DNA of 64,000 nucleotides. Source: an uncultured Chlamydiae bacterium. Lineage in GTDB: Bacteria > Chlamydiota > Chlamydiia > Chlamydiales > JAJFMA01. Both the position numbers and the translations under genes were made by a program. The notes under the pieces were generated by a model. The model had not been told where the DNA came from, did no database searches, and was given only the letters and a program-made list of their open reading frames with translations. Every line of letters starts with the position of its first letter. Position 1 is the first letter of the stretch. The stretch is taken from positions 2,848,001 to 2,912,000 of the forward strand of contig CAVQMM010000001.1 of NCBI GenBank assembly GCA_963713615.1. The letters run 5' to 3'. Of this stretch, positions 48,109 through 57,533 are shown one piece after another.

Positions 48109-48981
48109 TCACAATCGTGTCTCGGCGCGCAGCGCTTTGTCTGAAAGGCACATGGTTTACACTTTAGCCAACCCACATGGTTTACACATCTGATATAATC
48201 AATCCCTTTATATACAAGGGGTTAAAAGATGACATGGAAGGCAATCAAAGTGGAAGATCAAAGAGCTGAATTTGTAAAATTATGTTTAGACGGCACATTA
48301 GACATGACGGAAATCTGCAGGCAGTTTGAAATAAGCAGACCGACTGGGTACAAGTGGCTACATAGGCATAGAGAATATGGAGACGCTGGGCTAGTGGATC
48401 AAAGTAGGGCACGCAAGACACAAAGTGGTAAAACATGCTCTAAGCTAATGAACACGGTACTAGAGGTTAAGACCATCTAGTCGAACCTGGAATGGAAAAC
48501 TACGATCTCCGGAGTATTCAAACGCTACAAGAGTGTGCAAGGTACATGAGTGTGGAAAATTGAGATGGAAGGGGGAACATATTTATATAGGCCGAGCGCT
48601 CTCCGGAGAACCGGTCGGTTTAGTAGAAAGCGATCAAGAGGGACTATCAGTATACTATGGGCCCATATTTTTAGGAATCCTCATAGATGGAAAACTAGGC
48701 GTAGAACGACGAAAAGGCAGAAAACCGAAGAACTCTAAGCCAAGAGACTGTTCATAGTATTCATAAGTTCACATTGAGGTATGTTTAATTTTAAATTCAT
48801 AGGGGCATATGAACTTACAAACACTACGAATAGTGGCTCAGAAGAAGAAGAGTATTATTTTCCTCTTTTTTTCTGGAATTTAGAACCAAGAGAGGGTAAA
48901 AGTGTAAACCATGTGGGTTGGCTAAAGTGTAAACCATGTGCCTTTCAGACAAAAGCGCAGCGCGCCGAGTGACGATTGTGA
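48109..48981. repeat. REPIN-like outer arms enclosing the IS481 derivative
   Basis: TCACAATCGTGTCTCGGCGCGCAGCGCTT (48109-137) and its inverse (48952-981), the same family as 15463. Confidence 0.8.
48138..48951 (+). mobile_element. Internally deleted IS481-family element (814 bp)
   Basis: 50-bp perfect TIR TGTCTGAAAGGCACATGGTTTACAC...; N-terminal HTH fragment 48229-48480 and C-terminal fragment to 48757; DDE core absent. Confidence 0.88.
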
Positions 48982-49136
48982 GGGCTTAGATCGATGCAGC
49001 CAGCCTTTTGAGTTACTTGGAAGTACGGTCGGTGACCGCACTGCAAAACGTTACGCGCCCCTAAAGAAAGTCTATTTGATGGTTTCTTAAGGCTCAAAAA
49101 AGGTAAACTACTGGCACCATACTAAAGGGGTGTTTC

Positions 49137-49343
49137 ATGTTAGGTACCGGAGAACTCGTTGTTATTTTTTGTGTCATCCTTCTTCTCTTTGGAGGTAAAC
49201 GTCTACCAGAGTTGGCGCGTAGCCTCGGAACGGCTATCCGAGAATTCAAAAGTGCTTTTCATAGTTATGACACGGATCCTATTATGCCGAAGCCACCGAC
49301 ACCCAAGAACGAAGAGATAGAGAGTAAGGAGGATCAGCCGTAA
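49137..49343 (+). CDS. tatA: Tat translocase subunit TatA
   Basis: ELVVI...LLLFGGKRLPELARSLG.AIREFK. Confidence 0.95.
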   Translation: MLGTGELVVIFCVILLLFGGKRLPELARSLGTAIREFKSAFHSYDTDPIMPKPPTPKNEEIESKEDQP

Positions 49344-49344
49344 C

Positions 49345-50283
49345 ATGCCGGTTGATGCAGCTCGTGGCACCGTTTGGGATCATCTTGAAGATCTTCGTAA
49401 GACATTTTTAAGAGCTTTTGGCGTCATCTTTGCAGCGACTTTTCTGTCTTTCGCCTTTTATCAACCTATTTTGTCCTTTCTTACCCTGCCTCTATCAGAC
49501 GTTGCTCAGGGCCATACAAAAGGCTCGCTAATGATCACTCCCTACCAGATTGTTCGTCAGACAGTTTCCAATGTCACTACCATGTCGGCCGAATATGAGC
49601 TGAGTTCCGAGGAACACTTATTGGCATCAACGAAGGCAACACAAATCGGCACGAATCGTTATTTGATCGATCCGACAGGTTCTCTTGAGATAGAGAAAAA
49701 ACAACAGGCCGATCGTCTTGTTGTTCTGGGACCGATAGAGGGCTTTAGAACTGCTTTAAAAGCTTGTTTTTGGTTTGGACTAGTATCTTCATCGCCACTG
49801 TGGTTGCTTTTTGTTTTTCAGTTTGTAGCGCCAGGGCTTTATGAGAGTGAACAACGGCTGGCATTGCCGATCATTGCTTTTTGTTTGGCTTTCCTGGCGG
49901 TTGGGTTGCTGTTTGGTTTTTATATTGCCATTCCCATCGCTAATGAGGCTCTCTATGCCTTTAATGGCTCTGTAGGGCTTAATCTTTGGAGTTTAGCCCT
50001 ATATCTCGACTACACGGTTGTTTTGCTTATGGCTAATGCCCTAGCCTTTGAATTGTCAGCCCTTCTCTTGCTCTTAGTACATCATCGAGTTGTAGCGGAG
50101 GAATGGCTGCGAAACAAGCGGCGCATGATGTATGTTGTCATCTTTCTCATCAGTGCTTTTTTGACCCCTCCGGATGTTCTTACACAACTATTGATGGCCT
50201 TCCCATTATTGGGAATGTATGAGCTCATCGTCCTGTATGCCCGGTGGCGTCAAACATGGCGAGTGCCTGTGCAGATGCGTTAG
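49345..50283 (+). CDS. tatC: Tat translocase subunit TatC
   Basis: HLEDLR, FVAPGLY..E, AFEL and LTPPD; carries an enlarged first periplasmic loop. Confidence 0.95.
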   Translation: MPVDAARGTVWDHLEDLRKTFLRAFGVIFAATFLSFAFYQPILSFLTLPLSDVAQGHTKGSLMITPYQIVRQTVSNVTTMSAEYELSSEEHLLASTKATQIGTNRYLIDPTGSLEIEKKQQADRLVVLGPIEGFRTALKACFWFGLVSSSPLWLLFVFQFVAPGLYESEQRLALPIIAFCLAFLAVGLLFGFYIAIPIANEALYAFNGSVGLNLWSLALYLDYTVVLLMANALAFELSALLLLLVHHRVVAEEWLRNKRRMMYVVIFLISAFLTPPDVLTQLLMAFPLLGMYELIVLYARWRQTWRVPVQMR

Positions 50284-50286
50284 TTT

Positions 50287-50691
50287 TTATATTTTGGCGC
50301 GTATGTGAACCAAATCGCGCTTGTCATGGTCATCGAAAACTTGGCGCCATTCCTCCGCTAACCAACCAAATTCCTCGAGTAGCGACATCAGGAGATCATG
50401 CGTCAGGTGAGGAATCGTATCACTGAAGTGCAGCGAAACTGAATAGGTCTCTTTGTGCAATTCTAGTGACGTAAGAAGGCTGCTGGCAGGACCTCGGAAG
50501 GATGGGCTTAGGCAGAGTCTTACGCTGGGGGGGACATAATCCTGCCCCTGGTAGACAGTAGATTGAAACGATAAAAGTTCGGTTCGGGCGGAAAATTCCA
50601 CAAGAATGCGCGATCCATGTGCAGGTACTTCTACCTTGCCACGGTGAATGAGGTAGTCTACGAGGTCCTTGATTGGCGCTTTCTGTGTCAT
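50287..50691 (-). CDS. Hypothetical protein
   Basis: 134-aa ORF with RBS AAGGA. Confidence 0.65.
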   Translation of the reverse strand: MTQKAPIKDLVDYLIHRGKVEVPAHGSRILVEFSARTELLSFQSTVYQGQDYVPPSVRLCLSPSFRGPASSLLTSLELHKETYSVSLHFSDTIPHLTHDLLMSLLEEFGWLAEEWRQVFDDHDKRDLVHIRAKI

Positions 50692-50807
50692 AGCTTATCC
50701 TTATCTAAATCCCGCACTATTATTATATGATAGTTTTCAATTATAATTCAATTAATGTGATGATTATCTATTGTGAATGTTCGGTGTTTTAACACAATAA
50801 GTGCTTT

Positions 50808-51128
50808 TTATTTCTCTGTCTTCATCAACTCTAATTCTCGATAGGCTTGGACTAAAAGCTCCTGAATCTGTACGAGAGTTTCTCGGGAGGACTTCCATTG
50901 TTTAATGGATTGTTGAACTTCTCCCCACTTTTCCTCCACCGAGTCGCTGACTTTTGTTTCATCGGCCATAGTCTGCAATCTCTGAAAGAGTGCCTTATTT
51001 GGACGATTACAAGCTTTATCTGTTTTATGCATAGAGGTGGGGGCTTTTGATTGACTTGCCATTACAAACCTGTTCCCTGATCCCTTTTTAGCCGTTATCC
51101 TATTTTGATGCCAAAGATCATATATCAC
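50808..51128 (-). CDS. Hypothetical protein
   Basis: ORF overlapping the ung stop codon. Confidence 0.5.
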   Translation of the reverse strand: MIYDLWHQNRITAKKGSGNRFVMASQSKAPTSMHKTDKACNRPNKALFQRLQTMADETKVSDSVEEKWGEVQQSIKQWKSSRETLVQIQELLVQAYRELELMKTEK

Positions 51129-51849
51129 ATGCGGTTAGATTTGGCGTATTCGACTGCGCGTGGTATAGCCGCCAGTCTACAGGTTCTCGGCCAGCCTTTT
51201 CCAGAAAGTTATTTGCTTTGCTGAAATGGCGACATCCAAAAAAACCTTGATGTGCTGAAAAAGGGGAAGGGTGAGCTGCTGTTAGGGTGAGGTGGTGAGT
51301 ATTGGCGGCCTGACGAACCTTTTCCTTCGCTGATGCTCCCCAAAGCAAAAAGACCACTGGGTCTTTCTTAGCAACGACAGCTCCGATGAGGGCATCGGTA
51401 AATCGTTCCCATCCTTGGCCATAGTGGGATTTTGGCTGCCCTTCACGTACGGATAGGGTAGCATTCAATAGCAGAACTCCCTGATGTGCCCAAGATAGCA
51501 AACAACCATGGTTTGCTTCTGCGATGCCGAGGTCGGTTTTAAGTTCCTTGTACATATTGCGAAGCGATGGCGGCGCTGAAACTCCCATAGGAACGCTAAA
51601 GCTTAGGCCGTGTGCTTGTCCGAAGCCGTGGTAAGGGTCTTGTCCCATGATGACGACTTTGACGTTCTCAAAGGGTGTTTGTTTAAGAGCGTTGAATGTC
51701 AGCTCGGCTGGGGGATAGATGGGTGCATGAAATCGACGTTCGGTTTCAACGAAACTTGCCAAATGGAGAAGATAGGGTTGTTCTAGTTCCGCTGCGAGAA
51801 CGCTTCGCCATGAGGGTGGGATTTCGAAGGGTAAGGGGTGGGCATCCAT
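51118..51849 (-). CDS. ung: Uracil-DNA glycosylase
   Basis: GQDPYHG, PPSL.N, GVLLLN and HPSPFS. Confidence 0.97.
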   Translation of the reverse strand: MDAHPLPFEIPPSWRSVLAAELEQPYLLHLASFVETERRFHAPIYPPAELTFNALKQTPFENVKVVIMGQDPYHGFGQAHGLSFSVPMGVSAPPSLRNMYKELKTDLGIAEANHGCLLSWAHQGVLLLNATLSVREGQPKSHYGQGWERFTDALIGAVVAKKDPVVFLLWGASAKEKVRQAANTHHLTLTAAHPSPFSAHQGFFGCRHFSKANNFLEKAGREPVDWRLYHAQSNTPNLTACDI

Positions 51850-51928
51850 AGAGTTCTTATCGTGTTGTTATATTTGGAATAACTTTACTAGACTCGGGCT
51901 ATATTCCACCAGCTTTCACAAAGATTAC

Positions 51929-53776
51929 CTAAGTAGCGGGTTCCAGGGCTTCTTCCTTTGAAGTTTCCAAAGAGAGGTTGTTTTTTTCCCGGCAGCTGAC
52001 TGGAGGGCCGAAGGTGACTAGCGTGGGCACGCGTATCGCATTACGTATGCGGACAAATATACGGGGGAGCTGCTCTTTTTCTCCTTTGTCGATGTAAACG
52101 GGTAGTACTTGTGTATCGGTACCTTCGAGTACTTCGTGAAGAGATTGGCCTAAGCGAGCGATTTCATCGGCAACGTTATCACTTTCTACAAATAGGCACA
52201 CGCTGATGCCCTTTTTAAGAACCTTCCTGAGCATCTGCAAACAAGGAGGATTGTGTTCAAAGGTCTCAACCGGTGGGATTAAAACCACTCGCATCATGCG
52301 GTAGAGTCGTCGGATTAAGCGGTTATGGTGCTGCTCATTTTCGATGAAAAAGCGCATTCTTCGTCTCTGGGAACCCATGATGATCAGTGAGTCATTCCAA
52401 GCCGTATGGGTACAAACATAGATTGCTGGTGCATCGGGAAGATGTTCCCTGCCGGCAAAGGTCATCTGAAAGCGTATGCGTGAACATAACATGCCTACAA
52501 AACGTGTCACATAATCAAAAAATTGATAACCGATGATTGAAACCATCAGCAGTGTTAGGGCGCCGACGACAATGTAACCTTGGTCAGGCGGCAAACCTAA
52601 CACCTGTGAAATAACATCTAGAGTTGCACACGCAAATAATACTCCCATGAAACTCAGGACATTGCCTGTTGCAACGATTTGACCTCGATATTCCTTTGGA
52701 CTAGCCATTTGGATATAGGAATCTAGTGGGATGGCATAAATACCGCCAAAAACACCCAGCAAGGTTACCAATGGAATGATGTAGGTAATATCTGAGGAGT
52801 ATAAGCTGATCAGGAAGCAGCCTATGGTGATGCCAATGCCTCCCAGAGGGACCAATGCTAGCTCGGCTTCTTTGCCGGAAATTTTGCCGGCCAAAATGGA
52901 ACCTGCTCCGATGCCGAGAGCTATCAGGCAGAAGAGATAACCTCCCTGGATGTCTGTCAGACCTAGCGATGAGACGGCGAAAGGAATCATGTTAAGTTGG
53001 AAGAAAGCTGCACAAAACATGAAGTATGCCGAAGCGAACACAGCCATGAGCAACGAAGGCTCTGCTTTGGCGAGCTTTAATGTTTGGTAAACATCCTTCA
53101 GAATGCGCGGATTCACCTTTTTACTAGAGCCCCCAGGTGGCGTCTCTTCGATGCAAAAACTCGTTAGCAATCCAACAAAAGCAATAGCAGTGCAGAATAG
53201 CGATGCCAGGATGAAGTTACGACCTGTGTGATCGAGCATGAATGATGGCAGAAATGTGCCGACAATGATGGCTAGAAAAGTGAAGGAGGTGAGTAGGCCA
53301 TTGGCTTTGGTAATGCGATCTGATGAAACCAGCTCAGGGATAATACCATACTTCGACGGACCAAAAATAGCACTCGAAGTAGCCATAAAAAACAGGATGA
53401 TCAAAGACCAGATTTTACTGGCAAAGAGAAAGGCGAGTACACCGCCTGCCATGATGACAAATTCGAGTATTTTGGTGAAAACAATGATGTTTCGCTTGCT
53501 TAAACGGTCGGCTAGTGTTCCCGACGTGGAAGAAAACAGCAGAAAAGGCGCAACAAAAACAGCGCCTGTGACAGCCAAAATTCTTGGGCTATTCTCAAAT
53601 CCCTCAAGCTGGATCAGGAAGTAAACCAGCAAGAATTTGTAGACGTTGTCATTGAGAGCTCCTAGGAATTGAGTGACATTAAGATAAGTAAACGATGACG
53701 ATTGACGCGTTACGAACGTCATGATGACCTGTAGCGGGCTACGTCGAGGTGCCACTTCAAAGGTTGTATCTGTCAT
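51929..53776 (-). CDS. MFS lysophospholipid transporter (LplT/YgeD-like) fused to a degenerate acyltransferase domain
   Basis: TQFLGALNDN, G.LADR.SK, FGPSKYGIIPE; C-terminal PlsC-like H-x4-D (HTAWND). Confidence 0.85.
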   Translation of the reverse strand: MTDTTFEVAPRRSPLQVIMTFVTRQSSSFTYLNVTQFLGALNDNVYKFLLVYFLIQLEGFENSPRILAVTGAVFVAPFLLFSSTSGTLADRLSKRNIIVFTKILEFVIMAGGVLAFLFASKIWSLIILFFMATSSAIFGPSKYGIIPELVSSDRITKANGLLTSFTFLAIIVGTFLPSFMLDHTGRNFILASLFCTAIAFVGLLTSFCIEETPPGGSSKKVNPRILKDVYQTLKLAKAEPSLLMAVFASAYFMFCAAFFQLNMIPFAVSSLGLTDIQGGYLFCLIALGIGAGSILAGKISGKEAELALVPLGGIGITIGCFLISLYSSDITYIIPLVTLLGVFGGIYAIPLDSYIQMASPKEYRGQIVATGNVLSFMGVLFACATLDVISQVLGLPPDQGYIVVGALTLLMVSIIGYQFFDYVTRFVGMLCSRIRFQMTFAGREHLPDAPAIYVCTHTAWNDSLIIMGSQRRRMRFFIENEQHHNRLIRRLYRMMRVVLIPPVETFEHNPPCLQMLRKVLKKGISVCLFVESDNVADEIARLGQSLHEVLEGTDTQVLPVYIDKGEKEQLPRIFVRIRNAIRVPTLVTFGPPVSCREKNNLSLETSKEEALEPAT

Positions 53777-53919
53777 AAACCTCTTACTTTCGGATTATTT
53801 TTAATTGGAATACCAGCTTTAATAATGACTAATGTTGTCTTTCAAGACAAGAGAAATACTAACCTGTTATACCACGCGTGGTACAGAGCTCGCACTCCAT
53901 ATTTAGCGGCATCCTCTGT

Positions 53920-54083
53920 CAGATGGACTTTGCACATTTTTTGGACACATGTTCCGCGAATAGCTTCCTCCAGCTATGCGACTTTTGAAAGAGGGGTGCT
54001 CCAACCCTATCTTTCAAAAGTCGTATAGCTGGAGATTGCTTCTTTCAAGAGGCTGTATCCAAAAAATGTGCAAAGTCCAGCTG
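53920..54083. repeat. ~164-bp imperfect palindrome (MITE-like)
   Basis: Outer arms TGGACTTTGCACATTTTTTGGA / TCCAAAAAATGTGCAAAGTCCA; inner arms CTCCAGCTATGCGACTTTTGAAAGA / TCTTTCAAAAGTCGTATAGCTGGAG. Confidence 0.85.
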
Positions 54084-54173
54084 TCTGAGAGATTCTTCTG
54101 GCAAGACGGTTAGGTCAGCGGGTATAATCTTCACCCATCGCGATCATGCGTTGGGTATGGGAGGAAAAACGCC

Positions 54174-57100
54174 ATGGACCATGGCTTTCAAATCTTTTTG
54201 TCCAACCGCTTAGAAGTTCTTTTCGACCATTTCAAAAAGTGGTTGCTGGCGTTGCGTGGCAATCCCTTTGGAACTCGTCTAATCATTGTACCTCATCCCC
54301 AGGCAAAAAATTGGTTGCAACTCCAGCTAGCGCTTTCGCCAGATATCGGCATTGCGGCCGGCCTGCAAATTGTTACAATGGATCGAGCTATCAAGAGGCT
54401 AGCGGCTATCTATCCTTCCAAGGTTGCGGGATGCATACCCTCTAGGCTAGATCTGGCGATTGCTCTCTACCTTCAGCTCATGAAATCAAATACCGACATC
54501 TCAGTAAAAAAAAGACGTCAAGCATTAGCCCTGGCTGATGAACTTGCCAGCCTTTTCGCATCCTATGGGCTGGCTGGCCCAAAGCTTACGGCTGAGTGGC
54601 GGCATGGGTTGACTTCCGGATGGCAGCAGCAATTATGGCGTGAGCTCTATGCTCAATATCATCCAGACTGGTGTTTGGACTCCGACTTTGCTCAAGGGAT
54701 GAATTTTTCGCCAAGCTCACATCCTCCGGTGGTGGCTGTTTTTGGCGTGCCATACCTTGTTCCTCTCCATCAAGAGCTGTTGATGCGTCTATCTACCGTT
54801 GCCCCTGTGAGCTACTATCTGCCCTCACCCTGCCAGCACTATTGGAGCGATGTCCTCTCTGAGCGTGAGGGACGTCGACTGAAGAGGCGTCTAAATGGTT
54901 TGCCGCTTGCACAGAAGCAGACCCTCGACGGCCTATTGCAAGACACCAACCCATTGCTGGCAAACTTAGGTACGGTTGGGCGTATGATGGCTCGGCAATT
55001 AGATGAGATTGATACAGAGTTGCAAGGGGCCTATCTACTACCGAAGGCTATTCAAGACATTCCTGCTTACCAGGAGCTTATTACGGAGGAGACCCTTTTT
55101 GATTCTGAAAAGAAGAGATTAACGCTTTTAGCGGCCCTGCAGGCTGATCTCGTGCTTCTTCGCAACCCTGCCCAGCAGCAGCCTCAAGAACTAGCAGCTT
55201 ATGATGACTCTCTACAGGTACATGTTGCTCCGTCACATATTCGAGAAGTAGAAATTCTCTATGATGTTCTATTAGGCATTATTCAGCATTGCAACGAAAT
55301 GGGCAATCCGCTGACACCCTGCGACATCCTGGTAATGACGCCGGATATTGATGCTTATCAGGCAAGCATTCAGGCTGTATTTGGATCAAGCCACAGCAAG
55401 CTACCTTTCCGAATCGTGGATGCTTCCTGGTCGTTACAGTGTTCTTTTCTGAACGCCTTCACTAACCTTATCGATCTGGCTGGCAGCCGCTGGGATGTTG
55501 CTACGGTTTTGCAGGTTTGGGAAAATCCACACATCCAAGAAAAACACCAAATTTCTGCTGAAGAATTAGAGCGCATTCAAAAGTCTGTGGAAAAGGTAGG
55601 AATCACCTGGGGAAAAAACCTCACGCATCGCAACCAGATTCTGCAAAGCTCACACTGCCGCAAAGGTATGCTGGAGGATGGATTTATTGGCACCTGGGAT
55701 CATGGTATAGGGCTGCTTCTAGAATCATTGGCATCTGGCAGTTCCACCATCGATTATGGCGATGCAGATGTTCTCGGAAAGTGGCTAAAGCTTTTTGGAA
55801 GCCTGTGGAGTGATCTATCGCTTTTAATTGAGGGGACCCATTTGACTCTTAAGGAGTGGGTCGGCTATCTCGAATGTCTCTGTGACAGCTATCTTCAGCC
55901 AACGGATGCCAAATCAGTCAATGATCGCGAACGGCTTCTATACCAGCTGAAGGAGCTAACAAGAGCCTCGGAGGCTTGTCCAGAGGCTCTTTTCGATTTC
56001 GCATCTGTAAATTTCTACCTAAAGCAATTGTTAGATTCTCCTAAGGCCTCACAGCAGGAAGGCTCCCTTCAGGCGGTGCCTTTTGGTAGTGTGGCAGGCA
56101 TTAGCGGTTTGCCAGCTCGTGTGATAGTCCTATTGGGATTGGAAGATGGCGCTATGCCACGACCCAAACGCACACAAGCACTAGATTTGCTTACCGTTAG
56201 TAGCCTAAGGGATCATATCCCTAGTCCCCCACAAGAAGATCGCTATCATTTTCTCCAAGCAATCCTATCGGCCCGAGACCACCTGGTCATGAGCTATCGT
56301 GGACTGAACCCTGCGGATGGGAAAGCGCAGGGTCCTGCTCTAGTCCTCGGAGAATTACTCACCTATTTGGATCGTCACTATCGCATAGACGGAGAAAGTG
56401 CAGCTAAAGCAGTCACAAGGCAACATCCTCATTTTGCATTTGCCCCTGCCTACTTTATGGGTACAAGTAAGATACAAGGCTTTGTGAATAGTAACTATCG
56501 CGCCTCCTTAGCTTACGCAAAGGTGGAGAAATGCGTTCCTGAGCTATTTCTGCCGCAGCTCTTTTCCGATCGCCCTGATGTCATGTGTGAGAGGGATAGC
56601 ACGCATCTACTTACCGTAAGAAACCTTTGTCATGCCGCCAAGGATCCCCTTAAGCTTTATCTACAAAAGGTTCTGGGTATCTATCTCCATGAAGATAAAC
56701 TCCTGCAAACCGAAGAGCCTTTCACTCTTGATGCGCTAAATCGGCACTCTATTTTTTCCGATGCCTTGGAAAGCTCAATGGAAGTAGCTCTTGAGATGGC
56801 TCGTCAACATGGCAGGTTACCACTGGGGACCTTTGGAACCGTGACCAAACGCAGGTTGGAAGAGGACCTTTGTGATATCCAGAGGGTGCTTAAGGAATTT
56901 GGCACTGAAGCAAGCGAATTGTTTGATGTACATCTTTCACAAGACTGTGCAGCTCCTCGCCGCGTTAGTAGCAAATTGTTGCATCTGCCTCCGCTAAAAA
57001 TAACCCTTCCCAATGGAATAGAGGTGACCGTTGTAGGTAGAATTCCGAACATATCGCCTGTGGGCTTGGTATGCACGACTAAAGCTGAAGTAAAACATCA

Positions 57101-57533
57101 GGTACGCGCCTGGCCCCTGCAACTGTTACTTAGCTTTCTGGCTCCTCAATTGCACAATGCATTCGGGATGACTATTCCTTATCGAACAGCATATTTAAGG
57201 GCTACTGGCAAGTCAGTGATTGAAGGTAAGTCGGTGGAGGGATGGACAGAGTTTCCAAGATTTTTGGAATATGCTGTGCAATGTGTGCAAAGTCCCTCGC
57301 TTCTTATCGAAGAATGGGTCAAGGACTTTATACAGAAGTCCCCCGAAGCTATCTTAAAGAAGATTAACGATGATATAGAGAAGTCGGAGACGTTTCACAA
57401 TACCTATGCCCGTTGGTTGTTAAAAGAACATCGTGGCGTAATAGAGCCCCAAATGCTTGCGCCATGGCAAAAACGCGCTAGAGAATTGTATGGCCCGTTA
57501 ATTGAAAAAGGTGGGGTGTCGACTGATGATTGA
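54174..57533 (+). CDS. recC: Exodeoxyribonuclease V gamma subunit
   Basis: SNRLEVL, NPLLANLG..GR, REVEILYD, DILVM.PDI..Y and DRYHFL.AILSAR. Confidence 0.95.
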   Translation: MDHGFQIFLSNRLEVLFDHFKKWLLALRGNPFGTRLIIVPHPQAKNWLQLQLALSPDIGIAAGLQIVTMDRAIKRLAAIYPSKVAGCIPSRLDLAIALYLQLMKSNTDISVKKRRQALALADELASLFASYGLAGPKLTAEWRHGLTSGWQQQLWRELYAQYHPDWCLDSDFAQGMNFSPSSHPPVVAVFGVPYLVPLHQELLMRLSTVAPVSYYLPSPCQHYWSDVLSEREGRRLKRRLNGLPLAQKQTLDGLLQDTNPLLANLGTVGRMMARQLDEIDTELQGAYLLPKAIQDIPAYQELITEETLFDSEKKRLTLLAALQADLVLLRNPAQQQPQELAAYDDSLQVHVAPSHIREVEILYDVLLGIIQHCNEMGNPLTPCDILVMTPDIDAYQASIQAVFGSSHSKLPFRIVDASWSLQCSFLNAFTNLIDLAGSRWDVATVLQVWENPHIQEKHQISAEELERIQKSVEKVGITWGKNLTHRNQILQSSHCRKGMLEDGFIGTWDHGIGLLLESLASGSSTIDYGDADVLGKWLKLFGSLWSDLSLLIEGTHLTLKEWVGYLECLCDSYLQPTDAKSVNDRERLLYQLKELTRASEACPEALFDFASVNFYLKQLLDSPKASQQEGSLQAVPFGSVAGISGLPARVIVLLGLEDGAMPRPKRTQALDLLTVSSLRDHIPSPPQEDRYHFLQAILSARDHLVMSYRGLNPADGKAQGPALVLGELLTYLDRHYRIDGESAAKAVTRQHPHFAFAPAYFMGTSKIQGFVNSNYRASLAYAKVEKCVPELFLPQLFSDRPDVMCERDSTHLLTVRNLCHAAKDPLKLYLQKVLGIYLHEDKLLQTEEPFTLDALNRHSIFSDALESSMEVALEMARQHGRLPLGTFGTVTKRRLEEDLCDIQRVLKEFGTEASELFDVHLSQDCAAPRRVSSKLLHLPPLKITLPNGIEVTVVGRIPNISPVGLVCTTKAEVKHQVRAWPLQLLLSFLAPQLHNAFGMTIPYRTAYLRATGKSVIEGKSVEGWTEFPRFLEYAVQCVQSPSLLIEEWVKDFIQKSPEAILKKINDDIEKSETFHNTYARWLLKEHRGVIEPQMLAPWQKRARELYGPLIEKGGVSTDD

